From assembly GCA_050273025.1 (NCBI GenBank), contig CP158635.1:25110001-25174000 (forward strand): a DNA stretch of 64,000 bases, in the 5' to 3' direction. This DNA comes from Cenococcum geophilum. Its lineage: Eukaryota. The position numbers and the translations under genes were made by a program. Shown one piece after another: positions 39,106-52,301 of the stretch; position 1 is the first letter of the stretch, and each line of letters starts with the position of its first letter. The notes under the pieces were generated by a model. It searched no databases, had not been told where the DNA came from, and was given only the letters and a program-made list of their open reading frames with translations.

Positions 39106-42100
39106 TGTTAGCGACTTAGTCAATCGAGGCACGAGCACGGCAAGAGGGACGCGCAAGCCTGTACGATTGGTAGTCTATAAACGAGGATCTAAAGCTAGAG
39201 AAAGGAAAGGAGAAGAAGAGCAGCGCTGGTCGAAGTAGGGTTCTTTTTATGCGGTCTTCTAGTTACGTGACCGCGAAGTTCTGCCAAGTTCTGCCAGGTT
39301 CTGCCAGTGCCGTAACATTACCCCCCCCCTCCGCAAAAGCCTGCCCTTAGGCTTTGTAGTCCGTATTATACTTATAGGGCGTTCTTATCTTTATGTTCTT
39401 CCGGTAGCTTGTCGTCTTTACTATACCAGCACTCTATCCACTCGTTTAGGTACTTTAGGGGTCCTAGTTTATTAGGGTAGCGGTTATAGAATTCTTAAAG
39501 CTTATAGGGACTGCTAATAAAGTTCTATATAGGGTACTAGGTAGGATTTAGGTTATAGCCTTTTCAACTAACGCGGTACTTTAGCGTTTTCCTTACTAGT
39601 TTACAGGCTAGTACTTCTTTAATTTCCTATTCGTTGTCGCCATTAACTTAAATCGGTAGGGGAGGTTCGTTCTTTTATCTAGGTAATAGGTTATTTACAG
39701 CTTTCCGTAGCTTATCCGGCGAGAAAATGGGGTAAACCTTAATTAAATCCGGGAGCTTTACTTTATATAAGTTACCTATCTTCTTAAGGACCTTATACGG
39801 TCCCGCCATCTAATAGTCTAGCTTACGGCTAGGCCGTTCCGTCTTCTAGTTCTTTATTATAACCCAGACTATATCGCCTACGGTAAAGTCGGGTTCGCGC
39901 CTATGCTTATTTACCTACTGTTCCATTAATTTCTAAGCCTTTTCTAGATTTATACGGGCTACCGTCTAGGCTTCCTCTAAGCGCTTGGCGTACTGCTGGG
40001 CTTCCTTATAAGACAGTTTCTCGCGTATAGTCCGTGGTTCTTCTGGTCTATTCCAGTCAAAGCTTATTTAGGGTAAATACCCTATTTTTAGTTAGATAGG
40101 TGCAAATCCCGTAGAGTTATAGGGTAGGGTCGCCTAGGCGTAGTCTATTAGGGGTAGCAGTTCGCCCCAGTTATCCTAGAAGTAGTTAATAAAAGGCTAG
40201 AGTCTCTAATTTAAATATTAATTTACAATCTCCGTCTAGCCGTCTGTCTAGGGGTGGTATGCTATAGAGAGCTTTAGCCTAATACCTAGGATCCGGGTAA
40301 ACTCGTTCCAGAAGGCCGATATAAATTACGGGCCGTAATTGGATATAATAGTATCTAGTAGTCCGTAAATGCGGTAAACGTAGTAGATATACAGTTGGGC
40401 CGCCTCCTTAGCATTAATATTCTTATAACAGGGAATTAAGAACGGGCGTTTGCTAAAGCGGTTAACTAGAATTATAACCATATTATATCCGTCGCGGTCT
40501 GTTAGTAGCTTATAGAAGTCTATAGAGATATACTACTAGGGGCGGTTAGGTATTAGGAGAGGTTTTAATAATCCTAGGGTCTTATCTTATGGAATTATAG
40601 ATCTACGGCAGCTGTCGCAGTTCCGTATATAACGGTTAATATCTATAATTATTCCGGGCCAGTAGTAGCGGTTACTAATAATCTTACGAGTCTTATTTTT
40701 TCTAGGGTAGGCCGTAGAGACCTAGGCATAAGCTTCGGCAATAAGCCGGGTCCGTAAGTTCTATTCCTTAGCTACTACTAGCCGTTCCTAGTGCTTAAGT
40801 AGTCCGTTTTCGAGGGACTATAGGCTAATAACGTTCTTTGCCTTTTTACAGTATTCCTATAGAGAGGGGGTTGTTTAGTTGGCCTGTAGTAGTTTATTAA
40901 TAAGGTTAAGTTTAGAGGAGTTAATAGGATATATCTTGGCGCCTAAGGAGTCCGTGCTTAGTTCTGCCTATATCTAGGGGTTAAGGTATTCTAGTTATAG
41001 TAGCGTCTAGGTCTATAGTGAGATCTTCACAGCCGTCTAGTTATTTAGGTCTTGCTCGCGCCTTATAAGAGCGTCCGCACGGTTTGTAGCGCCTAGTCTA
41101 TATATAATTAAGAAGTTAAACTAAGATAGGGTATCCGCCTAGCGTGCCTGCCGGGCCGTAAGGGCCTTAGTTGTTATAAAGTATTCTAGGGCCTTATAAT
41201 CTGAAACTACCTTAATCGGCTTAGGGGTCCCCTCTAGCTATATACGCCAGTGCTAAAAGCTAGAGATAATAGCCAGCATTTCTTTATTATGGATGTGGTA
41301 ATTTAGCTTAGTATCTATTATAGTCTTCAAATAGTATACAATAGGGTGCCACTCTCCGTCTGGTTACTTCTGGGAAAAAATACTAGCTATCGCGCCGTCT
41401 AAGGCATTAGTTTCTAGCATTAAGGGCCGTTCTGGGTTAAAATGGGTAAGTAAGGGAGCCAATACCAGCCGTTTCTTAAGCTTATTAAAGGCCTGCCTAT
41501 ATATAGCGTTAAAGTAGAAGGGCTAGTCTTTTCTAGTAAGATAGTTAAGAGGCCAGGCGATTCTGCTATAGTTCTTAATAAAGCGTCGGTAGAAGTTACA
41601 AAACCCTAAAAAGGATTATACCCCCTTTACGGTCCATAGGGGTGCCCACTAGTTAATTGCGGCCGTTTTCTCTGGGTCGGTTTTAATTCCATCTATACTA
41701 ATAATAAAACCTAAGTACTTTATACGCTTAATACTAAACTCTAACTTCTTAATATTAACCTGGAGGCCAGCCTTGCGGAGCCGTTATAGGACTTTATAGA
41801 CGTGCTCCTTGTATTCTAGCTCATTTTTAAAGTAGATTATAATATTATCTAAATAGGCCGTATAGAAATCGTTAAGGTAGTTAAAGAGTATATTATTTAT
41901 ATACCGCTGGTACGTAGCTAGTCCGTTAGTTAGTCCAAAAGGAAGCACTTTATATTTATACGTTCCGTAATAGGTCTAAAATGTAATAAGATCTTTAGAC
42001 CCGGGGTCCATTCTAATTCAGTAAAAGGCCTAGCGGATATTAAGCTTTATAAAGACCTTAGCTCTACTTATTTAGGCCAGAGTCTTATTAAATAGGGGCA

Positions 42101-44979
42101 GCGGATAGCGATCCTTGCGGGTTATATTATTTAGCTTATAGTAGTTAATGTAGAAGCGGAGTCCTCTATTTAGCTTTTTAATAAAGAGAATAGGTAAGGC
42201 GAAAGGGGCTTAGCTAGGCTTAATAAAGCCCTTATTTAGGTTATTAATAAGATACTACTTTATAGCCTGCAATTCGGTAATAAACTGCTTATAGAGGGGG
42301 CTAAAGCTAAGGGTGTTTTCTTTGCCCTGCTTAATCTTAATCTTATAGTTATATGGTTAGTAAGGTGGAAGTATATTAGACGCTGCTTTAGAGAATACGT
42401 TCTTAAATTTCTAGTATTAATAGGGCAGCTTTTATTCTACTAGTTCCTTATCTATAAGCTCGCTTTCTTATCCGCTAAGCTTATTTCCCTTTTCCTTAAT
42501 TATTTAATTAATTTCGTATAAGCTCGTTATAAAGGCAATAGTATTAGGCTGAACTAAGTTCTAGTAAAATCCTACGGCACTAATACAGTAGACATTAACT
42601 AGTGGGAGGTCCACTAGTTTTCTTATAGCCGTTTTCCGGACCGTATTTTACGGTCTAGGGTTTATAATCTTTTTTAGCTCCTATTCCATCTTCTACAGGT
42701 TATCCCTCTAATCTATTAGTTTAGTATAACGTCCGATATCCCTTGCTATTCTTTATAGCTATATAGGGCCTAAGCTCTCCATAGGGGGCTTTTCTAGGTC
42801 ACTACTAACTTCCTAGGTCTTTAATGCGGGTGGCGTGATATAGGTAGTCTAGGGGCGACGTAGTATACAGATCTGTTACAAATTAAGCTGTATATCTTTC
42901 TTAAAGGCCTGGTCCCTACGCATAGCATTGGTCTAGTAAATAGTATTAATCTAGGGCCGTATAAGGTTTTTTATTATAATACTAATTTCTTTTATAAAGA
43001 AAGGGGTTAGGGGTAGGGTTTTAGGCTAGGTAAGCCATCTACTCCATACGTTAAGCTATAAGCCTAAATAGGCTAGCTATTTTCGCCCTAAGATTATATT
43101 ATAGCTACCTAGGTCCGTAATAAGGAAGGGGGCGTTATATTACCTTTATTCGTCAATACGGAGGTAAATCCATAAGATAGTTATAATGGGTAGTCCTATC
43201 CGCCCATTATACCCGCAAATAGGAATTGGTTTAGGCAGTTCTTTAATAGGTATATTTAGAAAGTCAGCCAGCTTTACGGCATACTAGGTGTCTATTAAGG
43301 CGAAGGTATTTACTCTAAAGTTAGCTAAAATAGAGGTTAAAACTTAGTATCTATTACGGAATAAAGTATAAGGGATAGTGCAGCTTCTTTTACTAACTAG
43401 CTAACCCAGATTAATATCTAACATATCGATCCCTTTTAACCCTAAAGAGAAGTCTTCCTCTAGGGTTCCTCTTTTTCTAACTCCGCGCTATTCTTCTAGA
43501 TTAATAGAACCTTGTCCGCTTTCGCGTTTATTAGGTAATCCCTTATACGGTAACCTTTCTATCTATAAGAGAAGCAAGCTCCTTAATTACTAAGGGCCTG
43601 TATACAGGGGTTACTATATATAGGCCGAGCATTTACCGGACCTATAGCAGGGCTAGCCGCACAGCTAGCTGCTAAATTGGCGGTGGGCTATACGGGTGGT
43701 GCTATGGGGGTTACCGATCGTGCTAGGGCATTATGGGCCGTTCTTATATTGCTTATAGTCTAATTTAAAGGGTTTCTGGCTTTATACCGTTTAGCGCGTG
43801 CCTTAATTCGGCGGAGGCCTTAGTTAATAGCCAAGCACTAGTCTATAAGTTCCTTTAGCGTCTATATAGTAGTAAAAACTAGTAGTACGGCTTGCTATAG
43901 GTCTAGGGTAAGCTTATTAAATAAGTCTAGCATTAGATCTTCCTAGGGAATTCGAGCTTAGCCAGCTAGGTGTAGAAAGCGGGTCTAAAAGGCCAAGAAG
44001 GTCTCTATTGTTTTTATATTTAGGCTTTTATAATTAAGTTGGGCGTTTTATACTTTAAAGGGGTCCTTATAAATAGAAGACAGGTAGACAATTATCTCTT
44101 CTTTAGAGAGGAAGGGCTCTGCCGAGTCCTATACGTACCGCGGACATAGGTGCGTCTATATATCCCCACCAGTACGGCCGAAAACGTAGGCTATTTTAGC
44201 CTAAGTAGTAGGGAAGTGGTCCGCATTAACTTTAAGCTTATCCTGCAATTAAAGCTTCCAATTATTAAATATAGGGTCGGTTCCGTCTATAAGCAACGGG
44301 GGGTCCGCGACCTTTACGGACCGCGATAATGCTAATACTGTATATTAGGCTAGAGCCTTAAGGACTATAGCAAGTCTCTAGGTGTCTAATAATTCCTTAC
44401 TAGGTGTAGGGGGTTCTCTAGCTTTAAGCAGCTCTTAAAGTCGTTTAATTTCAGCATTAGCTGCTATAAGCTCCACTTAGGAGTTCGAGTTAGTTACTGT
44501 TTCACTATTAGAGGTATTTAAGGGTCCTACAGCTGCTTTGCCGGCTGCTATATTTCTTAATATTGTGGTACGGTTATTAGGGTAACCTCTAGTAGGATTC
44601 TATAGGGGTTCTGGTCTGTGCGTATTTTATAGGTCTTATTATTCTTTTCTATTCTTCTAGTTCTGGTAATATTCTTTAGGTCTAATTCTATGTTCTATTT
44701 TGGTTCGTGGTCTATAGATATATTTAAGTTCCTTCTTAGGAAGAAAGGGTAGTTAAGCTTTAAATAATATTAGCGACTTAGTTAATTAAGGCACGAGTAC
44801 GGCAAGAGGGACGCGTAAGCCTATACAATTGGTAGTCTATAAACAAGGATCTAAAGCTAGAGAAAGAAAAGGAGAAGAAGAGCAGCGCTGGTTAAAGTAG
44901 GGTTCTTTTTATGCGGTCTTCTAGTCACGTGACCGCGAAGTTCTGCCAAGTTCTGCCAGGTTCTGCTAGTGCCGTAACA
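39106..44979 (-). mobile_element. Full-length Ty3/Gypsy chromovirus LTR retrotransposon (RIPed)
   Basis: LTRs at 39106-39317 and 44768-44979; TSD GAAAG; PPT next to 39317; minus-strand gag, protease, RT (YLDDII near 41845), RNase H, integrase and chromodomain; pol homologous to 10582-16772. Confidence 0.96.
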
Positions 44980-45056
44980 GAAAGCGGGCAAAGCCGGTTT
45001 CGCGAGCGACCCGTTACAATTTAAAGCTTGGAGCTTTCCCTCTTTCCTTCTTAATT

Positions 45057-45850
45057 TTGAAGTCATCCTTAGTAACCTTCTGCGTAATAAGTACAACACA
45101 TAGCAACCCTAAAATATCTTCGATATTTTCTAAATCAATTCCCTTAAGTAGTAATTCGCTCAGTTTAAATTCCACTTCCGCGGCGGTAAAAACCCCCCAA
45201 CCTGGAGTTGGCATCTTAGATCTCCCTTATAAACTACATCTACGAATCTTTTGTTATCTTATTGTTCTTAGAAGGCTAATCTGCCGGTGTTCTTTTATCA
45301 TTTTAAGGAAAATGCTGCTAGAGCTAATATTAATATATAGAACATTTGCACTAGAGGCCCTTAAGGTATTTTATAGAGAAAATATCTTCCTCCTTAAGCC
45401 CTATAAATCCCTACGTACTATATTAGAGCTATATACATTTCTACCTCACCCAAATATTCGTCCCTTAATTAAATATTTGGACCTTACTTTTATATCTAGG
45501 ATAGCTAAGTATTGCAACCTGGTAACAATAGCAGCATACCTCCACGATTTCAAACACTTGGGGTTTAATAGTCTAAAATCGGTTAAAGTGGTCATAAATC
45601 TAAATTAAGTCCGAGATTTTCTAAGACCTGTTAATGATATGCAGATTGGTAATATTAATATTAACGATAGTTCTGGAAGAGTCCTCTATATATATTTCCT
45701 ACTTATATAAGCAGACTCCCCTTTCATTCGGTCTCCGCGGTAACCACTTTAATATCCGTAGTAGTCACCCCAGACTCCGTAGATATAGGCCTATATTAGG
45801 GCCTATATTCCTTATAAATAGATTCCATAGCTTTATTTCATTTATTTAAT
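45057..45850 (+). pseudogene. F-box-like (2EXR/DUF7730-style) gene relic
   Basis: GILDLPY.LHLRIFCYL...ALKVFYRENIF...IKYLDL pattern in the 183-aa ORF; block 45480-45590 duplicated in inverted form at 20375-20490. Confidence 0.55.
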
Positions 45851-46952
45851 ATTATTTAGTTTATCAAATATTATATCTAAAAGGCTTATTTAGTATATGG
45901 CAGGTATTAGTATTATAAAGGTAATATCACGTAGCTACAGTTTGTAGATAGTATAATATTATAATTTAATTGATGTCTAGAATGAGGGAGGGCGAGGAGC
46001 TTAAGGCTCCTCGCCACGCTAGTGCCGCGGTACTATATAACGACTACGTAACTACACATAATATTGTCCCGACAGCAGGAGATACTAGGGAGAAAGATCG
46101 CTTATTGCGGTTACTTTATAGTCTTCTCCATCTAACGCTAGATATCCAAAAGAACTAAATAATAGAAGCACTAGCATATTTTTACAACGCTAAGAAAAAT
46201 TTATCATCGCTATATATATACGTATTTTTTTCTTAGAGGTTATTATACCTTAGCACTATAGCCTGCGTATCCTACGTGATACTTATCTTATCCCCTTCTA
46301 TTATAATACTCCTTTTCATACTATAATTCACCTTTTTTCTTTATACTCTTACGACCATTTTCATAAAATCCAGTAGAGCGTCAGTGGTCTTGCCGAAATC
46401 GGTCTTGCAGGAACCTTTCCTCCATAGTTTTTAGCAGTACTCGGACTGCTTAAAATTGAGGAGGGATCTTAAGGTAAACACGTTAGTTCGCTGTACTGTA
46501 AAAGCGATTACCTAAGGACTAAACGTAGGAATTAATACTTTCAGCATAGCTAAGCCCTTCTCGGTATAAGAATCGAAAAGGTTTAATATAAGCAGAACAA
46601 TAAACTATATAATCTTTAAAGTAGCGCATAACCTAATACTTAGGATAATTGAGCGGATGTAAGTAGGATGTAAAGGGTGGCTCGGGGAAATAGATAGAGC
46701 GTTTAGGACTTATAATTAACTAGCAGCGAAAATAGGGTAAGAAGTAATGAACTGGTATATGTATCCCTTTAGTATAGTTGGCGTAAGAGTATTTAGGGAT
46801 ATTATGGCTTAGCTGGATATTAGACGGACGATTACTAAGTAGTATAGAAGGATTTAGGACTAAATAGACAATTGCAGGATAGTATGTCCCCTAGGTTTTA
46901 AATCGTACATTATTTGGAGGCAAAATAGCACCTTAGCAATGTTATTAAATAA

Positions 46953-46972
46953 CCCCCCCCCCCCCCCCCCCC
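46953..46972 (+). repeat. Poly-C tract (20 nt)
   Basis: Directly visible. Confidence 0.95.
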
Positions 46973-47877
46973 AATATATGATAGATGTCGATAGCCGAGA
47001 AGGATTATATTAACTAGATGACCCTTAATATGTTTAACGTATCCATTTTCATTATTCCGACCTGCTACACCACACTTCTCGTTCGCCACTAATTTATAAG
47101 CTTTAGGCGTTCTTTACTTACATACTTTAAATAAAACAAGGTGTTGAACCAACAATGTAGGTAAGGAAGACTTGTGTAAAGATTAATCTATAAAGAAATA
47201 GAGACTATATATACATAAGGTGGCTACGTAATAAATAGGTAACAGAAACAGGTTTATAAGACATTAGCGGGGTAGTAAGACAGTAGTAGGGAAATCCGAT
47301 TTAGGTTAATATAAGGGTCTGACAATAAGCAAGCTACGAGAACCTAGAGGAATAAACCATTGTTTTATTATTTATATCAACCAGGCTCTTTATATATACG
47401 TCATAGTTAAAATTAGCCTAAGCAATACCCGCTAAAGAATATATCTTCTTACTTACGCTAATAGCTTATTACTATTCACCATCAATTTCCTATTCGTCTT
47501 TCACATCTACTCTTTCACATTTAGTCTTATCCCTTCATAGTTGCTATCTTGGTGTTTATCAATCTTAGGGGGAAATATACGAGCTTCAGAAATTAAATAC
47601 GCCATCTTGTAGCTTAAGAATTAACTAATATCAAAAGCTTTAAATTCCTAAACACGAGTCTTTAATTCTATTAATTTGATTAATTACCTCTTATCGATAA
47701 CTATAGGGCCTATTTCAACGTTATAAGGGATATATTGCCATATACTATTTGACAGAAGAGAACCCTTTGCCGTGGCCGTGATATATACAATGATACAACC
47801 CGTAAAATACTAAAAATACCTCCAAAAATGCCACACCGAAGTAGAAAGAAAATTTACATCAAAGCCAAGCCGATTAA

Positions 47878-49050
47878 TTAAGGCTTTTGGGCTGCATGTT
47901 GACGATAGACAATCCTATGGGGTGGAATCCAGCGGACGTTGCTTCGCTTACCAATCATTCCGTTTAAGTAGGTTGTGCCAGCGGCAAGGTTTTATGGCGT
48001 AGTATAGCCGTAGTTACAGAAACCGAACTAGGTGGTACCAATGTAGATAACGGCACCGTTGTTAGAGCAAGGGACGCATATACTTAAAGCTGTCGGTGCG
48101 GTACTAACACTAGTGCCACTGATAGGAGCGGCGATACTTAAAGGAGCAGCTAAATCGGTAGCCGTGTTCGTAACGACAAGGGTTATAAAGGATGTTGGAG
48201 CTATAGCTATAGAGGATACACCTAGAGCAAATACGCTACCTAGGTTAGAGGTTGCCGCAGGTATAGAAACGGCGCTAATAGCTACTAGCACGCTAGCAGT
48301 AGTAGAGGAGGCAACCCCGCTAGCCGAACCCAGAGTTCCTGCTCTAGCGCCTATCTTAGTTATAGAAGCGCAGTCCTTACTAAGAGAAGTACTAATATCT
48401 GCTACCTGTTGAGTCTTAACAAAGTCGCCGGGATTCGGGAATTAGTAGTTAAAATTCTCAGGAATGTTGCAGGTCTTAAAAGGAATGTTAGCAATAAATA
48501 TATCCAGAAGCTTCTCTATAACTAAGTTGTTATTGCTACTACTAGTTACTATAATTGGTGCATAGTTTATATACATCTCGCGGTTGCCAACCTTGTTAAA
48601 CTATATCTAGTCTAGAGTGTACTGACTATTTAGCATGCCCTTAGGAAGCGTATACTAGAAAACAGCAGCACCGTTACTATTTGCATTACCAGGAAGATTT
48701 CCAGTAGCATTTAAAGGGCAACCGCCGATAATGCTATAGACAACTTTCTACTGGCTATTCCTCGTAGGCTCCTTATCTAAGGTAACACTGACCTAGTAGA
48801 AGCCCCTACTGTGGACCGCACTACTAATAAAGCTGAGCTCTTAAGGAACGCCTACTTTAATGTTATTTATCTCTAATATATTATAAACACTAGTGCGCTG
48901 CTTATAGGGGAAATCGTCTCCTGTATTATTAAGGGGACTATTATTAAGAGTATCTTTACTATACGGCATAGGCGTGTTCAACTTTATATGCGCATTAACT
49001 AAGGCGAAGAGTATGAAGGTCATAGTGGCTAAGGTAGTCGGTGCTAATAT
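47878..49050 (-). pseudogene. AA11-type lytic polysaccharide monooxygenase with C-terminal Cys module (X278-like), RIP-inactivated
   Basis: Signal peptide then His1 (VNA|H), P.PY...NSPL...DFPCK, AVHSGG.CQVSVT.D, WKVVYSI.GGCP, WTWFNKVGNREMYMNCA, Ser/Ala/Pro linker, C-terminal CSNNGAVIC.G...FGFC...LAAGTTC.NG. Confidence 0.88.
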
Positions 49051-49949
49051 TGTCTTAAGTTGTAAAGAGAGCGTAATATAAATATTAAGCAGACTATTTC
49101 TGAGAAATCGCCAGACTAGCTAAGCGATGCGAGAACTTTTGTTAAATAGGTGTTTGCGTCTTAACGGGTTGTTGCTAAAGATGCAATACCTTAGAAATAC
49201 GTTGGAATTAGAAGGAGTAAGCGTTACTAAAGAGAGAAGGATTGACGAGCACTAAGAAGATTTTAAGTGCACTGTAGGATTGACTTGAAAAGCATTTTAG
49301 GCTGTTCTACCTATATATATAGAGCAAAAGTGTCTTAGATGCCGGAAAACGCAGTGAGGAGGGGTGCTAAAAATAGAGGTAGAAATATAAACGGAGGCAT
49401 TAATAGAGGCAGTTTTCTAGGCAATCGGCCTGGGTATATTCGTTTAGTACAGCCACTAAAGAAACTTCCCCTTTATATGTAGCTGAAGTTTTATATAGTA
49501 CTTAGCGAATCCGACTTCCTCTTATATAGTCTAAAGGAATTAATAAGTCCTTATTTAACCATCCCTAAGATTAATAAAAATCTAGATTAGGACTTCTATT
49601 ACTCCTCTTTAATCTTATAAAATTAAGCACTTATATCTGGGGGACATCTCTTCGTAATAGCCACGTAGTACTTTGTCCGCCATCCTCTGATTTGCAGTAC
49701 ATCGCTGTCCTAGTAGCTAGGTAACGTCGCGAATGGACTAAGGCCTGTGAGATCGTGTCGGACGGACAAGTCACTAAGGGGAACTCTGTCTATTAAATGT
49801 GGCTCTAAAGCCTCTATATATATATAAGGAAGGGGTAGTAGACTAAGTTAGTGACTAAGTCAAAGGGTAGGTAAGATGGTATGAAACAGGCTGGTGAGTT
49901 ATAAAGTGGTACCTAACAGTGACCTCGACGGTCAACAGATGGTAATCAA

Positions 49950-50820
49950 TCTACATCCCTTTAGACTTCACTTCTTACTAAACTAGAAGCTCTCTAAAGA
50001 AGAAGTAGACTATTTTAGACGCCTTAGACGTTAACGCAAACCTAAGGTTAGAAGGCGGTGGCGAGGATAGCAGTTACCTAGACGTTGTAGATGCAGATAA
50101 TTGCTAGATTAATTTTAGCAGAAAATGTTAAGAGACTGCTTTGCATCAAACTGGCTCTCCTAATTAGCTTTGGCTGCGATAACCTTATAGCATTATTCTT
50201 TAAGGATATTAGACCCGATCACATACGCGAATAATTCTTAAAACTTATAAAGCCGGATTTTTGCGCAGCTCTAGCCTTGTGATTTCAAGAGGACCTATAC
50301 TTTTTAATTTAACTGATTAACCTTCTATATAACGAACTGCCTTTAAGAATTTATCCTTGCCCCAGAGATCTATTAGCGTTCTCTTAGGATACCAATCCCA
50401 TTTATTACCGTGCGTTCTTGCCAGAAAGGTATATTGACTAGATTAATGGTGTGTCGTTCTAAAGATAAGACGAAGATTGTATAAAGCTTCGCGTTTTGGG
50501 CAAGGATTATATGGGGGCCCGTGCATATCATGCATTTACTAGGTTCGATTAATCACTTACACACCTTCCGAATTCTAGAAAGTACTAATACGCTAGGAAA
50601 TAGCAAATAGGAGACGCTACTATTAAAGGATTTTCAATAAAGTCTCTTTAGTCTTTCTTTACTTACTCTTTAGGTAGATTTTATTATAGAAATTATATAG
50701 AATTGCGTTTACTAGACTGAAAAATGCAACACTACTTTATATTTAGAGATATTTACTAAACTTTACTAAACGATCGCTATCTACCTTAGGTAGAGCTAAC
50801 TCCTTACACTTAGTATATAC
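49950..50820 (+). pseudogene. RIP-degraded gene of unknown function
   Basis: Coding-like frame (TNPIYYRAFLPERY...SFFTYSLG...) with RIP-type stops. Confidence 0.35.
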
Positions 50821-51019
50821 CCTCTCCTACTCTTATAACCAGACCTTAAAGTTCTAGTTCTAAGGCGCCTTCTTAAGCTTTATATATTAGGTAGCTAGTT
50901 AAAGCTCTTAGGCGTTATTAGTTGGAGTAACTAGGGAGGGCTTGCAGTATATTAACGCTAGTAATTGACAAGCCACCCCCTTTAAAAACCAAGCTTAGTA
51001 AGCAATCAAATACTGTAAT

Positions 51020-52300
51020 AGGTGACCCTTAGCAATATATCACGTATTAAACTTCATCAAAGCTTTTACAATAACGCGTACATGCACCGTAAAATAAACC
51101 ATCAAATCGCGTCTATATACATCCTCTATAATACGCATCAACGGGGCCGATATAGACGACGCCTTTATAAACTTCCTAGACACCCCTACGTCAAGCGCCT
51201 GCCATATAGGTCATTTGAATTCGATCTTAACAAAATGGATAATAATCGCGTTCTGTTAAAATTTAAGTAAGTCTCTACTACCTATATTAAGCCACCTACT
51301 TACTATCTATATAAGTTCTTAAAATACGAGATTAAGAAGCTTACAGAGCTCTTAGGCCTCTACCTTATTGTTTACCGTGCCCGCTACCACGTCAATCCTG
51401 TCACTGCCCTCTGCGTAGTACTCTACCGCCTTACCTTTCCTACACGCCTATACACCATAGAGGAAGAATTTAGGCGATCACGTACTTGGATCTATATTAT
51501 TTTCAATAATACAATCACCTTCCTTGTAGAGCGCTTTCGAAGTAATATATAATGGCACCCTATACTTACGTACGAACGTATTTAAAAATACGCTTAAGCG
51601 CTTGCACTTTATATAGTAGAGGTAGAAGCAATTTAGGGCTTCCTTAATAGAACGTTTTAAGGCTTCTATAGGCCCGATCAAAATCAGCAAACGTTCTACT
51701 CTAGCTATAAGTATAAACACGGCTTTAAGTACCAAGCTATTGTAGCTATAGATGGACTATATATAGCCTTACATAGGCCGTATAAGGGTAGAGTTAATAA
51801 TTTCCTAATAGTTACCAACTCTAGGGTTTAAGGGAGACTTAATAAGGTAAGTTCTGGCCAGAAATTATATAGAAAGATTATATATAATACGCGGCATCGC
51901 GTATATGGATATTTTATTAAAACTAACGTATATATATTCTAGATCTTCGAGGATCACTATCTATACTTTATATGTGGAGATTAGGCCTATAAATTACTTG
52001 CTATTATCTTTAGACCCTATACAGGCGATAGGCTTATTGCTTCTAATAAGCAATATATAAATAAGGAGCTCTCTCGTATACGAATGTCAGTAGAGCACCT
52101 ATTTAGGCTCATATATAATCTCTAGTCGTCTAACACCTATAAAGCTAGCTTAAAGCAAGGCCTCCAGCCTATCGCAGCTCTATTTAAGGTTGCAATTCTT
52201 TTTACTAATTGCTATACATATATAAGGAAATATATAGTGGTAAATAGTTGGTATTAAATTGCTCTACTAACGATTAAGGAGTATTTAGAGCTGCCCAATA
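51020..52300 (+). mobile_element. PIF/Harbinger-type (DDE_Tnp_4) transposase relic
   Basis: ALCVVLYRL.FP.RL...FGRS, Q..FYSGYK.KHGFKYQAIV..DG...GPY.GR.ND, CGDQAY, NKELSR.RMSVEHLFG, PPTI.EYL. TIRs not identified. Confidence 0.85.
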
Positions 52301-52301
52301 G

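Noticed and set aside
48059..48412. 117-aa plus-strand ORF
   Set aside because: Antisense shadow of the AA11 linker region.
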